Source: a bacterium
Lineage (GTDB): Bacteria; UBA8248
Reading direction: 5' to 3'
Assembly: GCA_965204535.1 (NCBI GenBank)
Contig: OZ241996.1
Coordinates: forward strand, 960,001-1,024,000
Length of the DNA stretch: 64,000 nucleotides
The position numbers and the translations under genes are program-made. Below, in pieces: positions 36,760-45,670 of the stretch. Position 1 is the first letter of the stretch. Each line of letters starts with the position of its first letter. The notes under the pieces were generated by a model, which was given only the letters and a program-made list of their open reading frames with translations, made no database searches and was not told where the DNA came from.

Positions 36760-37905
36760 TTAGGATTTTCTCTTGAGTTGCACCCTTTTGCTGCCTGTCC
36801 CCTCGCTCTGAGCCTCGCCCTTGCGGCGGTGGCGGATGAGTTCGGCGACGATGGCGACCCCGATCTCGCCCGGTGTGTCGGCGCCGATGTCGAGGCCGAT
36901 GGGCGCATGGACGCGCTCGATGAGTTCGCCTCTGGCGTAGCCCTTGTCCTGGAGGTGGCGATAGGTGAGCAGCACCTTGCTTTTCGAGCCAATCATCCCG
37001 ATGTAGCGCGCGTCTGTCTTCATGGCCCATTCGAGGACGACTTCGTCGTTCGAATGGCCTCTGGTGATGATGGCCAGATAGTCGGACTCGTCGACCGGGA
37101 TTTTCTCGAAAATCTCGGGGAATTCCCCCACAAAGAACGATTCCGCCATCGGGAAGCGCTCCTTGTTGGCGAACGAGGGCCGATCCTCGACGATCGAGAC
37201 CCGGAAGCCGGCGAGATAGGCCGCCTGCGCGACGCAGAACGACACGTGCCCTCCGCCGAAAATATAGACGAGCGGCTGGCCGGATATGGGTTCGACGAAA
37301 ATTTCGGTTGCGTCCGTGAGGGTCGAGCGCTTTTCTCCCGCGCGCGCGGCGTCCCTGTTGAACTGCATGAGGGTGGGACTGCCGTTTCGGATGATTTGCG
37401 TGCTCTCCGCCCAGATTTCCGTTGAATAGTCGGGAATCTCGCCCACGGCGCTGCCGTCGCGCCGGAAGAGCATCTTTCTGGCCTCCGGCGCCGGGACGTC
37501 GAGATCGCCCGGCTGAACAATGGTCGCCAGCGCAGCGCTGCCGCCCTGGTTTCTGATGCGGTTGATCTCGTCGAGCAACTCTTCCTGAAACGCCTGGAAG
37601 GGCTCCACGAGTATCTCCACCACGCCGCCGCAGATATGGCCGCTGTCTTCGGCTTCCTGCTGGGTGAGGTCGAACCGGAGCTTTTCTGGTTCGCCTGTCT
37701 CGAGGACGCTCATCGCGGTTTCCCACACCTCAGCTTCGAGGCAGCCGCCCCCGACGGTGCCCTCCGTACTGCCGTCCTCACGCACGAGCATCTTCGCGTC
37801 GCCGCTCATGGGCGCGGACCCCTTGCGGGCCACGACGGTGGCGAGCGCGCCGCTCTGGCCGTCTTCCTTGAGTTTCGCCATTTCCCTGAATACGTCCTTG
37901 CTCAT
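36760..37905 (-). CDS. xdhC: XdhC/CoxI molybdenum hydroxylase maturation factor
   Basis: GSAP, GTVGGGCLE, ICGG, FGGGHV, YIGMIGS, APIGLDIGADTP. Confidence 0.92.
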   Translation of the reverse strand: MSKDVFREMAKLKEDGQSGALATVVARKGSAPMSGDAKMLVREDGSTEGTVGGGCLEAEVWETAMSVLETGEPEKLRFDLTQQEAEDSGHICGGVVEILVEPFQAFQEELLDEINRIRNQGGSAALATIVQPGDLDVPAPEARKMLFRRDGSAVGEIPDYSTEIWAESTQIIRNGSPTLMQFNRDAARAGEKRSTLTDATEIFVEPISGQPLVYIFGGGHVSFCVAQAAYLAGFRVSIVEDRPSFANKERFPMAESFFVGEFPEIFEKIPVDESDYLAIITRGHSNDEVVLEWAMKTDARYIGMIGSKSKVLLTYRHLQDKGYARGELIERVHAPIGLDIGADTPGEIGVAIVAELIRHRRKGEAQSEGTGSKRVQLKRKS

Positions 37906-37936
37906 TCCTTGCTCCGCCTACGTGAAGTGATGATCG

Positions 37937-38764
37937 CTACGCATCCGGTGCGATCCGCATGAATACTTCACATTCGTTGTTCATACAAGACGTGAAGAGG
38001 ATGCCGTCCGCCGGACCATGAGGCTTTCCGGCCAGTTCCCATATAGTATAGGCCGTTTTTTCGAGTTTTTCCAGCGAAGTTTCCATATCCGCCTTGTTGA
38101 TGACGATCCACTTCCGCGCGCCCTCCCCGGCCTTGTGAAAAAGACCGAAAGGGTGTGCGCACAGCTTTCCTACGGCCTCGGCCGTTATCTCCTCGCCGAT
38201 CTGCAGGCTGCAAATGTGCGAAAGCGCCTCGGGACGAAAGACGTGTGTCTGATTCAAGGGCGCGCCCAGCGCGTCCAGCCCCACGACGCCCAGCACGGCG
38301 TCGAGATTTTCGGGCAGTACGGGCTCATCGGGACCCGGGGCCTTGATGGGCAGTCTTCTCGCGCCGTCCGCCTCGATGAGCGTGAGGGAATTGCCCAGCG
38401 TGAAGTGGGCAATTTCCGAAGGCATAAAACCGCTCAGCTTCATGCGTTGCTCGTTCTCCAGACCCGGAACCGGGGCTTTCCCCTCGCGGCGGCGTGCGAA
38501 CCACGAGACGCCGCATGCGTCCATGTAGGGGCGGAGGTTCTTTCCGAGCGTCGCGGCGTCGCCCAGGGCGAGCCCGAGCCCTTCCTCGGGCAGCGGCGCG
38601 AAAATCTTCGTTGTCGTCGTGAGAATCGCAGGTTTTCCGGATTGCGCATGAAACTGCCTGGCGATGGCCGTCAGCAGGCTCGTTTTTCCGCCTCCGCCAA
38701 CCGCCGCGACGCTCTGGCCAGGCCCGACCCCGAGGGAGCGAACGATGTCGTCTTCCGCTACCAA
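37937..38764 (-). CDS. yqeC: Selenium-dependent molybdenum hydroxylase accessory protein YqeC
   Basis: VGGGGKTSL, LTTTTKI, IEADGARRLPIKAP..EPVLP, INKAD. Probable TTG start at 38764; the upstream part of the listed ORF is an out-of-frame overlap with the vWA gene. Confidence 0.85.
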   Translation of the reverse strand: MVAEDDIVRSLGVGPGQSVAAVGGGGKTSLLTAIARQFHAQSGKPAILTTTTKIFAPLPEEGLGLALGDAATLGKNLRPYMDACGVSWFARRREGKAPVPGLENEQRMKLSGFMPSEIAHFTLGNSLTLIEADGARRLPIKAPGPDEPVLPENLDAVLGVVGLDALGAPLNQTHVFRPEALSHICSLQIGEEITAEAVGKLCAHPFGLFHKAGEGARKWIVINKADMETSLEKLEKTAYTIWELAGKPHGPADGILFTSCMNNECEVFMRIAPDA

Positions 38765-40530
38765 GTGCGGCTCTCCATGCCGCCGAGCAGTTCGCGCCTG
38801 AGGATGTTCACGAGTTCGGTGGAAAGCTGGGAGAGGTCCTGCACCACGATGTGGTTGGGGTAGATCTGCTCGACGAATGGGTCCACCACGCCGACGCCGA
38901 TGACGCGGACGCCCAGCTTTTGCAGCCGGTTCACCGTGTTCACGAGGTGGGTCGCATCCCCGTTGGGCTGGCCGTCCGAGGTGATGATGATGATTTTCTC
39001 CTCCTCGGGCCGCTGGATGAGCCTGCGGTAGGCGAAGAGCAGGTGTTCTTCGTCCCAGTTGTTGAAGCGCGGATATATGTTGACGAGCCTGTTCTTGACC
39101 TGGGCGAATTGATCCTCGAAACCCTTGTAGACGCGGTGCTGCAGCGGCGAGTGCCGGATGTGGCGGAACTTGAACGCGGGGATGTGGCCCAGGGCCGCCG
39201 CCATGGCGGCTTCCGAACTCTCGGTGGAATAGCCGATGACCTCGAAGGGCACGTCGAGGCGGTCGAGCGCTTCGGCGAAGAATATGGTCGCCTCTCTGGC
39301 GGCCATGTATTTCGACTCGCGGTTCATGCTGCCGCTCTCGTCCACGAGCAGCGTGAAGCATACGTCGAGCTTCTCGGGCTCTTCTCTTCGGTGGAAGAGG
39401 TGGAATTTCCCCAGGCGCTGTTTCCACAATTTCGGGAGGTTCAGCTTGCCCGAGCGGTGCGAGCCGCTGTAGCGGGTGTAGGTTCTCTCCTGGATAATTT
39501 GCATGAGCTTCCACACCAGCACCTTGATGTGGCTGCCCGCATTGTCGATGACCGCCGCGTATTCCTCTGCCTTGCCCTCGGGCGGCAACACGATAGTGCG
39601 CTCATCAGGATGCTCGGCGGTGGGGTGGATTTCCTTCTTGTTCCCTTCGAGCTCGAACCAGGGGGCGGCCCAGTGCCCGAGCGCCGCGAGTTCCTCGGGA
39701 CTGAGTTCGACCTGCTCGCCCACGTCTTCCTCGTCGATTTCCTCGGCCGCTTCGGGGTGGAGCATCTCGAGCGCTTCGTCGTCGTCGCCCTCCAGGTTCT
39801 GGCTCTCGATCTTCTGCAGAATTTCTTCGGGGATTTCCGATAAATCCTGATCCTCGCTCATCCGGGAGAGTTGTTCTTCGGTGAGATAGCGCTGGATGGC
39901 GTCGTAAATCTCGTTGGCGCAATCGAAGGCGGTTTTGGGGTCATCGGCGGCGCAGGCGCGGTCAATCAGCGGGATGAGCCTGTGGAAAATCTGGACGACG
40001 GCGGAATCGAACCAGGCCGCCGGCAAGTCTCCGGGCCTGGAAGAAGGGACGCCGGGCGTCTGCCCGATCCCGGCGAGGTAGATTCCCCACTGAATCTGGA
40101 GAAACAAGGGGAGTTGTCCGCTCATCTGGTTGCGCTCGGCCGCCTCGATGGCCGGGAGGATGAAGGCCCTGAAATTCTTCTTGGTGCCGGGCAACGATTC
40201 CGCGAGGCGGTTTTCGCACCGCGCATCCTCGAGCGTGTGCCAGATGTGGAAAAGACCCGGCCTCTCGCGGTTGGCGAGCGCGGCGCGCCCCGCCCAGCGG
40301 AACGTGCCGTGGATCTTGTGGGCCACCTCGATGAGCGTCATGCCCTTTTGGAATCTCAAGACATGCTCGTCGTTGAGTCCGCCGCCCAGGCGCGCCAGGG
40401 TTTGTTCGGGGTCTTCGACGTGGATGGCGTCTTCGCCGTTCTTCGCCTTGGGGCCGAAGTTCAGGGCGAGGTCGTAATCGTGCGCGGTTACCTGCGCGAG
40501 CGCTTCGAGACGGGCGCGTCGGCGTTCCAT
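38758..40530 (-). CDS. vWA-domain protein (CobT/NorD/CbbO-like), partner of the MoxR ATPase
   Basis: N-terminal LEDARCE, acidic linker, SGKL, LLVDESGSM (MIDAS), TSDGQP. Confidence 0.85.
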   Translation of the reverse strand: MERRRARLEALAQVTAHDYDLALNFGPKAKNGEDAIHVEDPEQTLARLGGGLNDEHVLRFQKGMTLIEVAHKIHGTFRWAGRAALANRERPGLFHIWHTLEDARCENRLAESLPGTKKNFRAFILPAIEAAERNQMSGQLPLFLQIQWGIYLAGIGQTPGVPSSRPGDLPAAWFDSAVVQIFHRLIPLIDRACAADDPKTAFDCANEIYDAIQRYLTEEQLSRMSEDQDLSEIPEEILQKIESQNLEGDDDEALEMLHPEAAEEIDEEDVGEQVELSPEELAALGHWAAPWFELEGNKKEIHPTAEHPDERTIVLPPEGKAEEYAAVIDNAGSHIKVLVWKLMQIIQERTYTRYSGSHRSGKLNLPKLWKQRLGKFHLFHRREEPEKLDVCFTLLVDESGSMNRESKYMAAREATIFFAEALDRLDVPFEVIGYSTESSEAAMAAALGHIPAFKFRHIRHSPLQHRVYKGFEDQFAQVKNRLVNIYPRFNNWDEEHLLFAYRRLIQRPEEEKIIIITSDGQPNGDATHLVNTVNRLQKLGVRVIGVGVVDPFVEQIYPNHIVVQDLSQLSTELVNILRRELLGGMESRTW

Positions 40531-40544
40531 GCCTCATCTCCCGG

Positions 40545-41429
40545 CTAGAAGTGGTTGTCTACGATGTCCTCGAGCACTTTGGCGTCGAAAGAGTTGACCT
40601 TGCTGAAGATGGTCGAGACGGCGGCTTCCATGGGGTCGAACTGCGCCGCCATGCGCGCCCAGTCGATGAGGCGCCGGGTGCTGAACGTGCAGAACACCTT
40701 TTCGTTCTGCATGGCCTCGCGCACGTCGTGGCCCACGCGCACCATGCGCTTGATGAGCTCCTCATCGTTGTTCCCGCTCTGCTGCATGATGACCTCGACC
40801 TCCGCGTCGAAGGGCAGGTAGTCCATCTTCACGGTAACCGGGAAGCGGTCCAGAAGCGCCTCGTTCAGGGGCTTGGTGCCGCCGTATCTGCGGTCCTCGT
40901 GCGGGTTCATGCTGGCGAAAAGCCTGAAGTTCGGATGGGGTTTGACGATGCGGCCGTCGTATTCCGACAAGACGATCATCCGGTCGTCATCGAGCAGGCT
41001 GTGCAGGCAAAAGGCGATTTCGGGCAGGCACGCGTTGATCTCGTCGATGAGCAGCCAGTCGCCCGATTGCATGGCGTCGACCAGAATGCCGTTCACCCAG
41101 TAGGTGCCCTGTTCGTTGATCATCAGCTTGCCCACGAACTCGTCGACCGTTGTCATGCCGTTCAGGTTCACGCGCCGGAAGCCGTTGTTCGTCATGTGGG
41201 CGAGGTGGCGCACCGAGAGAGTCTTGCCGACGCCGGTCTCCCCGACGAGGAGAGCGGGGAGGTTCCTGCTTACCGCCCATGCGATGCGCTCGAGCGCGTC
41301 TCCCGCCGCCAGATAGAATTGCGCCGGGGGAACGAAGGAGTTCCCGTTGGTCTCGTTGATGGGGATTTCGCTGCGCCCGATCCGGTAGGTTCCGTTTTTC
41401 ACCGTTTCGGTCAAGATTTCGGTAGTCAA
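40545..41429 (-). CDS. MoxR-family AAA+ ATPase (CbbQ/NirQ/NorQ type)
   Basis: GETGVGKT, LLIDEIN, ASMNP, LNEALLDRF, FSTRRL. Confidence 0.9.
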   Translation of the reverse strand: MTTEILTETVKNGTYRIGRSEIPINETNGNSFVPPAQFYLAAGDALERIAWAVSRNLPALLVGETGVGKTLSVRHLAHMTNNGFRRVNLNGMTTVDEFVGKLMINEQGTYWVNGILVDAMQSGDWLLIDEINACLPEIAFCLHSLLDDDRMIVLSEYDGRIVKPHPNFRLFASMNPHEDRRYGGTKPLNEALLDRFPVTVKMDYLPFDAEVEVIMQQSGNNDEELIKRMVRVGHDVREAMQNEKVFCTFSTRRLIDWARMAAQFDPMEAAVSTIFSKVNSFDAKVLEDIVDNHF

Positions 41430-42280
41430 TTCGCATACTCCATGGCAGAAACGCCGAACAGAAACATCATGATGGCCTCGAGCGCGCCGCCTCCGATGGC
41501 GCGCGATTTATCCGATATCGTATGGCAATGGGCGGGCTCGGCCCTCGGGTCGACGTCGCCCACCTTGAAGCCGACAGGCACCTCGATGCCGTCTCTCAGC
41601 AGCCCCCGTAAAACGCCGTCGATGGCGGAGGTCACTTCCGCGCCGTCCACGCGGGCGACGGCCTCTCCCGCCCGCACCATGTCGCCTATCCCGGCGATGG
41701 AGGTGAAGACGCCTGCTTTGGGCGCACGCAGCAGCCGTTCGGTGGTGTAGCCGCCGATGGGGCCCGGAACGCCCGTGTTGGGTTTCGCGCCGCCTTCCAG
41801 TATGACCCTTCCCAGATCGTGTCCCCGGGAGGTCTCGACCACGGCGTGGCAATCGACGCCCGCTGTGAAGCCCGGCCCGAGGCCGACGACGACCTCCGCG
41901 TTGTCGATGCGCGTGCCGAGGTTTCGCTTCGCCAGAATCGCATCGACCACGACGGCGGGCCGGAGGTGATCGATCACCTCGGCTTGAGGGTCCACCATTA
42001 CCGGAATCGAGCCCGCCTCCAGAATGGCGCGCGCGCTCTGTGCTTTCTCCATTGGTGTCTTGCCGTCCGCCCGGGCGGAGCTCACGCCCTCCACTCTCCA
42101 CTCATCCGCATACAGACACTCGGCGAACGAGACGGTGCGCCTCACCATCGTGGGGTTTTCGATTTCGGTGATCGCGACCGGAAAACCCGCGCGGTGCAAG
42201 CGGTGACACACGCCGGTGGCGAGGTCGCCGCCTCCTTTGACGAGTACGAGCGTCTCGGTAATGGACTTGCGGCTGCTCAT
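41426..42280 (-). CDS. yqeB: Selenium-dependent molybdenum hydroxylase system protein YqeB (EF2563 family)
   Basis: KGGGDLATG, VRRTVSF, VDAILAKRNLGT, GLGPGF, ETSRGHDLG, KVGDVDPR, SDKSRAIGG. Confidence 0.92.
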   Translation of the reverse strand: MSSRKSITETLVLVKGGGDLATGVCHRLHRAGFPVAITEIENPTMVRRTVSFAECLYADEWRVEGVSSARADGKTPMEKAQSARAILEAGSIPVMVDPQAEVIDHLRPAVVVDAILAKRNLGTRIDNAEVVVGLGPGFTAGVDCHAVVETSRGHDLGRVILEGGAKPNTGVPGPIGGYTTERLLRAPKAGVFTSIAGIGDMVRAGEAVARVDGAEVTSAIDGVLRGLLRDGIEVPVGFKVGDVDPRAEPAHCHTISDKSRAIGGGALEAIMMFLFGVSAMEYAN

Positions 42281-42285
42281 CGCAT

Positions 42286-42678
42286 CTAGTCTTCCACGAA
42301 GGCGATCGCGTCGATCTCGATGAGCCACTCGGGTTTCGCCAGGCCGCTCACGATCAGGAGCGTGCTCGCCGGGTACGGCTCGTTGAAGTAGGTTTGCCGT
42401 ACCTCCATACATCCCGGGACATTTGCAGAGTCGGTGATATAGACGGTCAGGCGGATGATGTCCGCCATCCCGGCGCCCGCCGCTTCGAGCGCGGCCTTGA
42501 TGTTCTCGTACACCTGCCGGGTCTGGCCTCTGATATCGTCTCCTCCGACGGTGTTCCCATCTACGTCGACCGCCACCTGACCCGCCAGCATGATGAGATG
42601 TCCGTTCGATACCTTCCAGCCCGTTGAATACGCGGCGACCGGTTTCACCTTATCGGAATTGATCTGTTGTTTCGCCAT
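42286..42678 (-). CDS. RidA/YjgF family protein
   Basis: AGQVA, NIKAAL, YPASTL, LIEIDAIA. Confidence 0.88.
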   Translation of the reverse strand: MAKQQINSDKVKPVAAYSTGWKVSNGHLIMLAGQVAVDVDGNTVGGDDIRGQTRQVYENIKAALEAAGAGMADIIRLTVYITDSANVPGCMEVRQTYFNEPYPASTLLIVSGLAKPEWLIEIDAIAFVED

Positions 42679-42771
42679 TGGGTTCTCCCTCTCGCATCTC
42701 ATCAGAAAAGAATGGTCATCTTCCCCGGAAACGGAAATCTAGCACGGGGCCGAACACGAGGCAACGCGAAC

Positions 42772-43150
42772 GGGGTTGTTGAAAAACCCCCCACCGGGGG
42801 AACCGCCTTTGCCTCCCTGAAAAGGGTTTGTTGAAAAACCCGGTTACGGCAGCGGGCTTCGCAGAAGGCCTGACATCCTCATCCTGAGTAGGCGCGTAAG
42901 CGCCGTATCGAAGGATGGGGGTGCATCTCTCCGGCGGGCGCGAACTTCACCCTTCGATACGCGGCTACGCCGCTACTCAGAGTGAGGCGAACGGCGGCAC
43001 TGCTCGGGGCGGAGGGGCTTTTTTAACAACCCTGAGAAGGGGGGACAGGGGGGGTGCCTTTCAAGGCGAGGGGAGCGAGTGAAGCATGATTCACTCCGAA
43101 CTCCACAACCCCCCTCGTCGAACCCCCACCCCCCTTGTCAGGGGGCTTTT
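42772..43150. repeat. MITE-like ends enclosing a CATCCTGAG..CGAAGG inverted pair, plus a C-rich repeat
   Basis: GGGGTTGTTGAAAAA at 42772; TTTTTTAACAACCC ending at 43032; CTGAGTAG..GTATCGAAGG / CCTTCGATAC..CTACTCAG. Confidence 0.65.
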
Positions 43151-43297
43151 TTAGTGGCCCCGAGAGGGTGCGATTTTTCGTGAAATTGGATTTTTCGTGT
43201 GATAGATTCTGACTGAAAATCATGACTGGAATCACCAAACCGCAGTGTGGCATGCGAATGAATTGCATGTTTCACCGAGCGGACGAGGAGAGGACCC

Positions 43298-43897
43298 GTG
43301 GGGAAAATGCCAAAGTACGAGATAAGCGAAGTTTTAGGGAAAATAATGTGGCGATTTTGGCGTCACGGCTATTCTGCGACATCGATCAGAGATCTCGAGG
43401 AAGCGACGGGTCTCTTTCGAGGCAGTTTATACCACGCATTCGGCGATAAGCGTGAGATGTTCGTCCAGGCGCTCCACCATTACGACCAGCTCTATCGCAA
43501 AGCTCCCATCGAGGAACTCGAAAAGCATCCCTCGCCGCGCGAGGCGGTGCTGGCCGTTTTCGAAACCGCCGCCTCCGTCGCGGTGGAGGATGGTTTGCAA
43601 AACGGCTGTCTCGAAGTCAACGCCGCCCTGGAGCTTGGGGCGCACGACGAGGGGGTGGCTTCTTTCATTGCCGACGCTTTCGCCGGCATGTCGAAGTTCT
43701 TTTTCGCTTCTATCGAGCGGGGGCAGGCGCATGGGGAGATTTGCCCCGAAGTTGCTCCGGAGCAAACGGCGAAATCTCTACTCGGTCTGTTCCTCGGTCT
43801 GAGGGTGCTGTCGTGCGTTTCTCCCGACCGGAGCTTTCTGGAATCCGTCGTCGAACAGGCGAAAGCCCTCTTGCCGCCGCCTACCCCTGCTTCGTAG
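43298..43897 (+). CDS. TetR/AcrR-family transcriptional regulator
   Basis: FWRHGYSATSIRDL..ATGL.RGSLYHAFGDK; NGCL. Confidence 0.9.
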   Translation: MGKMPKYEISEVLGKIMWRFWRHGYSATSIRDLEEATGLFRGSLYHAFGDKREMFVQALHHYDQLYRKAPIEELEKHPSPREAVLAVFETAASVAVEDGLQNGCLEVNAALELGAHDEGVASFIADAFAGMSKFFFASIERGQAHGEICPEVAPEQTAKSLLGLFLGLRVLSCVSPDRSFLESVVEQAKALLPPPTPAS

Positions 43898-43944
43898 GCT
43901 TCGGGACAAGAGCAGACATCGGTTTTGCGTATCCAAAACCTCCC

Positions 43945-45021
43945 TCAACCAATATCGATCTTCCGCGTCACGGAGCGCGTGGGGCCGAAGGTGGGCATGT
44001 AGCATGAATGCTTGCCGGCGCCGCCCGCCACGATGAGGAGCAAATCGTCCGGCTCGTCCAGAAGCGGGAGCTCGAAATCATCGTCGTCTTCGTGTTCGGC
44101 TATTTCCTCGCCCCAGGTCTGCATCCCCCACATGGCGCCGCGCTTTAGCTGGCGCACGGGCTTACGGGCGAGTTCGAAAATTCTCCCCTTCACGTCCGCT
44201 TTCGTGAGGCCGTCTCCCGCGATGGTCGCCGCGTGCTCGGGACCTAAGGCGAGAACCGGTTCTCCGCGCAGATAGAAGTTGTTGCACCCCATGATGGACA
44301 TCGTATCGGCGGCGGTGGCGAGAATCCCTTCCGCCGTGTGGCTTACGTGGTCGTTGATGTTGTGGGGTCCCTCGCAGCCCACGAGCGTCACCGCGCTCTC
44401 ATCGGGAGAAAGACCGCGCTCGACGTGCAGCGGCTCCCACGGGGAGGCCGACTCGTTCTCGGCGATGCAGAACGCGTATTTCGCGGGCGAGCCTTGCGTG
44501 GCGCGGTCCAGAACGCCCGGGCTCGCGCCGCCCACGTTCAGGAGCGTCAGGCGCATCGCGCGTCCAATCGTCGCGTTTGCCCGGTTGCCGGGGGCGAAGC
44601 ACCCGTACTCGGCGTTGAGACCGATTTCCTCGACGACGGGGCCGTTCACGATGATGAGGGGCGCCACCGGATGGGTCGTCGCCTGAATCGCATGGAGCGA
44701 GAATTCGGGTTCGAGCACCGCGCGGGCCGCCGCCGCCAGAACGGGCATGTATGCCGGAAGGCAACCGGCCATCACGGCGTTCACGGCGAGAACTTCCACC
44801 GTGATGACGCCCTGGCGAGGCGGCATAAGCCCGATTTCCGCATCGGGCGCGAGTCCTGCGCCCTCCACCATCCGGGCGACGCGCTCGGGCGTGGGGGGAA
44901 CGACGGGCAGGCCGTCGCCCCAGCCTCTCGCTTCGAGCAGGCGTGCCATCGCCTCGGGCGTGTCGCGCACCTTCACGCGCTCGCTCTCGAACATCAGATT
45001 TTCCTGAGAGTGGTCATTCAC
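43945..45021 (-). CDS. Uncharacterised protein typically accompanying UGSC (seleno)proteins
   Basis: GWGDGLPVVPPT, AVNAVMAGC, NRANATIGRA, ENESASPW. Confidence 0.75.
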   Translation of the reverse strand: MNDHSQENLMFESERVKVRDTPEAMARLLEARGWGDGLPVVPPTPERVARMVEGAGLAPDAEIGLMPPRQGVITVEVLAVNAVMAGCLPAYMPVLAAAARAVLEPEFSLHAIQATTHPVAPLIIVNGPVVEEIGLNAEYGCFAPGNRANATIGRAMRLTLLNVGGASPGVLDRATQGSPAKYAFCIAENESASPWEPLHVERGLSPDESAVTLVGCEGPHNINDHVSHTAEGILATAADTMSIMGCNNFYLRGEPVLALGPEHAATIAGDGLTKADVKGRIFELARKPVRQLKRGAMWGMQTWGEEIAEHEDDDDFELPLLDEPDDLLLIVAGGAGKHSCYMPTFGPTRSVTRKIDIG

Positions 45022-45033
45022 ATCGAAGCCCGC

Positions 45034-45642
45034 CTATGCGAAGAGCGCCTTGTGGCGCACGGTCTTGCGTGGCGGGACGTATTCGCGCTCGCGGTATTCT
45101 CGTCTGAGCGACTCCGCATCGCTCGTGAGGATGCGCCGAACCTCTTCCACCGCGCCGTCGCCCAAGGCGCGCGCTTGTTCGGGCGCGATGCCGCCGACCG
45201 GATGCGCCACGACGACTATGGGAAGGCCGGGCATCCCCAGCGCCGTTCTCTCGTTCGCGCCCAGGGCCGAGAATTCACTCGAGCAGAACGTGGCCGTCGG
45301 AACACCCGCTTTTTCCATCTCCACCGAGTCATGGATACTCCATGACGTGCAGCTCCCTCAGTCGCCCACCGCGCAGACGGCGACGTCCACCTGTTCGAGG
45401 AATTCCTCGAGGCGATCCTCAGGCAGGGTGGGGTTCGGCTTTCCCCAGCGGACGAAGCGCAGCGTCTCGTCCTCCTGGGCGAACAGCTCCTCGATCCGCT
45501 CGAGCAGGACGTCGGCGTTGGGCTTGTTGTTGTGGAAAAAGCCTATTTTAAGTCCCCCCAGGTCTTCGGGACGTTCCGCCAAGGGGTGGTCGCCCGCGCG
45601 GACGAAAGAGGTGGGTTGTAAGATTTCAATCGTCTGGCTCAT
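45034..45642 (-). CDS. UGSC-family selenoprotein (in-frame UGA at 45360-45358 read as Sec), 202 aa
   Basis: ORFs 45358-45642 and 45034-45324 share a frame; the junction reads VGD-TGA-GSCTSWSIHDSVEMEK (UxxC); hairpin downstream. Confidence 0.88.
45328..45346 (-). promoter_or_regulatory. Putative bacterial SECIS hairpin
   Basis: GUCAUGGA-GUA-UCCAUGAC starting 11 nt after the UGA. Confidence 0.65.
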
Positions 45643-45670
45643 CTCGAATCTCCGTAATGGGGATGTTGGA

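Noticed and set aside
38765-39514. N-terminal extension of the 525-aa ORF containing yqeC
   Set aside because: Out-of-frame overlap with the vWA gene; Arg/Pro-rich nonsense. YqeC motifs begin after 38764.
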